From Paraspadella gotoi (lineage: Eukaryota; Animalia; Chaetognatha), in assembly GCA_051294375.1 (NCBI GenBank), contig CM119267.1, positions 5,246,094 to 5,258,577 on the forward strand: a stretch of 12,484 nucleotides of DNA, written 5' to 3'. This document shows positions 9,673 to 12,484 of this stretch, piece by piece. The notes under the pieces are model-generated. The model was not told the DNA's origin, ran no database searches, and saw nothing but the letters and a program-made list of their open reading frames with translations. Position 1 is the first letter of the stretch, and each line of letters begins with the position of its first letter. The translations under genes and the position numbers were made by a program.

Positions 9673-10556
9673 ATTTTTTTGAAATAATATTGTATCGCGG
9701 AACAAATGGAACGGTTCCATTCGGTTCTATAACTACAGTTTATACTGAATACAAATATTGTATTCTTTATTTCGATCTCACCATTTGAATTAGCAATCCT
9801 CAATTACACACGGCCCCCCAAAAAAAATCCTCTCACTCTTTTATTTCCTTCGCAAAAACTCGCGCTTTGAAAATCTTGAATAGTTTTGCACAACCTTTCG
9901 ACAATTAATTATCTCATTTCCCGACGGCGACGCTATTTTTAAAAATAGAAACCAAGAATTTTACCATCGAAAGCGTTTAAATGCGCGGGAAGTCGCGTTT
10001 CTTTCATTCTCAACTCTATTTCTTTCTTTTTCTCCATTTTATTTTTCTCTCTCCCTCTCTATCTCTCACTCCCTCTCCCTCTCTCTCTCATTCCAACCTT
10101 TTTATCTGATCCAATCAAAATTTTTATTTCAATTGCAGCGATTGTTAATCACGTCAAACTCGGGAGCGAGAGCCTCACTGAGAGAGAAGCCTCGCAACGA
10201 CCTTAGCATACGAAATTCACTCTCTCTCTCGAGGAGAGATTTCTACCTTAATATCATATACTTAATACTTAGTCTTAGTGCGAATAATACTATAATGCTT
10301 AATACTCGATGGAAAAATCGGGGCTTCCCTTTTATCTCGGGTCTCGGAAACCCCTTTTCCTCGAGATGAGGAGAATCAATTTGGGGTCTAGAAGGGGTGA
10401 GGGGGGCAACTGCAAAGCCGGCGGCGGATGGCGGCGGCCGAACCACGGCGCCGGCCGCGGGACAGTTGGTCGACGAATGTGGAGGGAAAACCGACAAATA
10501 TGGAAGGTCCTTTTTTTTTTGTAAGAGATACTGACGGCAGGTGGGGGAAGGAGTTT

Positions 10557-10558
<2 letters not shown>

Positions 10559-10635
<77 letters not shown>
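10559..10635. repeat. (GA)n microsatellite
   Basis: Near-perfect run of about 75 bp with one interruption. Confidence 0.97.
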
Positions 10636-10801
10636 CGATGAGGTGTGACGATAACGACAACAATAAAAAGTTAGAACATAAAATCCGATCGTTCAAAACA
10701 AAGTGATAAAGATCGAGAAAAAGAGAGAGGAGAATTTTTCCCACCCATGTGAAAAACTTTTCAAATGAAAACAGGAAACGAAAGAAGAAAAAAAAGCCAT
10801 C

Positions 10802-10889
10802 AGAGAGAGAGAAGAGAGAGAAGAGAGGAGGAGAGAGAGAGAGAGAGAGAGAGAGAGGAAGAGAGAGAGAGAGAGAGATGAGAGAGAGA
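10802..10889. repeat. Imperfect (GA)n microsatellite running into a gap
   Basis: GA run with single-base interruptions ending at N 10890. Confidence 0.93.
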
Positions 10890-11397
10890 NNNNNNNNNNN
10901 NNNNNNNNNNNNNNNNNNNNNNNNNNNNNNNNNNNNNNNNNNNNNNNNNNNNNNNNNNNNNNNNNNNNNNNNNNNNNNNNNNNNNNNNNNNNNNNNNNNN
11001 NNNNNNNNNNNNNNNNNNNNNNNNNNNNNNNNNNNNNNNNNNNNNNNNNNNNNNNNNNNNNNNNNNNNNNNNNNNNNNNNNNNNNNNNNNNNNNNNNNNN
11101 NNNNNNNNNNNNNNNNNNNNNNNNNNNNNNNNNNNNNNNNNNNNNNNNNNNNNNNNNNNNNNNNNNNNNNNNNNNNNNNNNNNNNNNNNNNNNNNNNNNN
11201 NNNNNNNNNNNNNNNNNNNNNNNNNNNNNNNNNNNNNNNNNNNNNNNNNNNNNNNNNNNNNNNNNNNNNNNNNNNNNNNNNNNNNNNNNNNNNNNNNNNN
11301 NNNNNNNNNNNNNNNNNNNNNNNNNNNNNNNNNNNNNNNNNNNNNNNNNNNNNNNNNNNNNNNNNNNNNNNNNNNNNNNNNNCTTTCTCCATCAAAG

Positions 11398-11506
11398 GCG
11401 GCGTCTACATCCTAGTGCCTCCCGTCAACATCACCATCAAAGAGGGGTCGCGCATCGTCCTTCTCTGCCGCGCCGACGGAAAACCTAACAACATCACTTA
11501 CAACTG
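11398..11506 (+). CDS. tutl: Internal coding exon: N-terminal half of an I-set Ig domain of a Turtle/IGSF9-like cell adhesion protein
   Basis: Acceptor ctttctccatcaaAG (AG at 11396-11397, phase 1) and donor TG|GTGAGA (GT at 11507-11508, phase 2). Translates to (G)GVYILVPPVNITIKEGSRIVLLCRADGKPNNITYN(W), with the Ig A/A' PP-N-T-EG motif, B-strand Cys and C-strand Trp 13 residues later. From memory this resembles Turtle/IGSF9 Ig3. The exon is secure; the family assignment is less so (~0.7) and no search was run. Confidence 0.88.
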
Positions 11507-12169
11507 GTGAGACATCGCTGGGGCTGGAGGACGGAGTGGGCCGTTTGAGGAGTTTGAGGATTATATTCAAAATTTGTTTATATTTAAAATTAAACTTAGA
11601 TTTAGGTGAAGAGCATCAGAAGCTCATAAAAATCCTCGACGCTCCTCACCCGGCTGAGGGAGAAGGGACTTACCTTTCGCGCGAAAATCGTTTCGCTCTG
11701 GGAAAACGGGATGGGATCAGCGGCCAACTTGAAATGGAAAATTGGAAAATTCATGACGACGATAAAAACGACGACGACCACAAAGTCGACGACGANNNNN
11801 NNNNNNNNNNNNNNNNNNNNNNNNNNNNNNNNNNNNNNNNNNNNNNNNNNNNNNNNNNNNNNNNNNNNNNNNNNNNNNNNNNNNNNNNNNNNNNNNNNNN
11901 NNNNNNNNNNNNNNNNNNNNNNNNNNNNNNNNNNNNNNNNNNNNNNNNNNNNNNNNNNNNNNNNNNNNNNNNNNNNNNNNNNNNNNNNNNNNNNNNNNNN
12001 NNNNNNNNNNNNNNNNNNNNNNNNNNNNNNNNNNNNNNNNNNATAACGTTCTTTTTACCCCGCCTTCGATCCTCCCTTTCGCTTCCAACCCAAACCGAGC
12101 TTTTTTATTACCACCTCATCTTTTCCCACCACCCACCCCCTCACCCTAAAACCACCCCCACGCCCGCAG
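11507..12169 (+). other. GT-AG spliceosomal intron (phase 2) splitting the Ig-domain Trp codon
   Basis: GTGAGA...CCCGCAG. Phases of the flanking exons are compatible. 663 nt as assembled, including N-gap 11796-12042. Confidence 0.88.
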
Positions 12170-12351
12170 GTTCAAGGACAACGAGCCCCTCTCCGAAATG
12201 ACGGGGGTCATTTCCCGCTCGATCCTCTACTCGGACGGGACCCTCATTATCAACTCCGCCTTCCCCAAGGACCTCGGGTGGTACAAGTGCTCGGCCACCA
12301 ACGGGGTCTCGCAAGTGGTCCCTTACGCCCAGGCCTTCGTCAACGTTACCT
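12170..12351 (+). CDS. tutl: Internal coding exon: C-terminal half of the same Ig domain (Turtle/IGSF9-like)
   Basis: Acceptor cccgcAG (12168-12169). The first base G completes the split TG|G Trp codon. Translates to FKDNEPLSEMTGVISRSILYSDGTLIINSAFPKDLGWYKCSATNGVSQVVPYAQAFVNVT, with E-strand DGTLII, the D-x-G-x-Y-x-C F-strand motif and G-strand A-F-V-N-V. Donor T|GTGAGT (12352-12357), phase 1. GC3-rich codons. Absent from the supplied ORF track. Confidence 0.92.
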
Positions 12352-12450
12352 GTGAGTAGATTGGGGGTTGGAGTGAGGTGGTCAGTTGGGTGGGGTGGGG
12401 GGAATTTGTGAAGCGGGATGGGGACATTCACGTTTTGGACGATGATTGAT

Positions 12451-12484
12451 TTCGTATTCGTATTCGTATTCGTATTGTATTGTA
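12451..12484. repeat. (TTCGTA)n hexanucleotide microsatellite decaying to TTGTA
   Basis: ttcgta x4 followed by ttgta x2 at the window edge. Confidence 0.85.

Noticed and set aside
9651-9721. Helitron-like 3' end on the minus strand (hairpin followed by CTAG)
   Set aside because: The hairpin is ~40 bp from the CTAG, further than typical, it is not GC-rich, and no 5' end or copy evidence is visible.
10380-10510. GC-rich patch with ATG GCG GCG GCC (MAAAEPRR...) as a possible start exon
   Set aside because: No signal peptide or Ig motif, and the ORF runs into (GA)n repeats; no supporting evidence.
3482-12201. ORFs spanning N-gaps or made of ER/LS/F-rich repeats
   Set aside because: Their length comes from X runs or microsatellites; only the last 37 codons of ORF 10749-11510 are real coding sequence.
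12141-12431. 96-aa minus-strand ORF
   Set aside because: Antisense shadow of the GC3-rich Ig exon on the + strand.

Overview
Gappy, microsatellite-rich eukaryotic (probably invertebrate animal) draft-assembly sequence, not prokaryotic. The only well-supported coding sequence is two spliced + strand exons (11398-11506 and 12170-12351). Together they encode one complete 97-codon I-set immunoglobulin domain resembling Ig3 of Turtle/IGSF9 (Dasm1)-family adhesion proteins. The upstream ~11.4 kb is probably intronic and consists of (GAC)n, (GGTC)n, (CT/GA)n and TCN-type low-complexity tracts plus ten N-gaps. Almost all ORFs in the supplied track are low-complexity or gap artefacts. Two large structures, a direct duplication (470-881 vs 908-~1345) and an inverted duplication (2865-3588 vs 3755-~4296), each straddle an exactly 25-N gap and have one insertion-riddled copy, which points to long-read gap-filling artefacts. 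Smaller signals worth checking are a five-pentamer heat-shock-element-like array (9648-9672) and complementary C-rich/G-rich intron flanks around the second exon. I see no convincing evidence of a new biological system.
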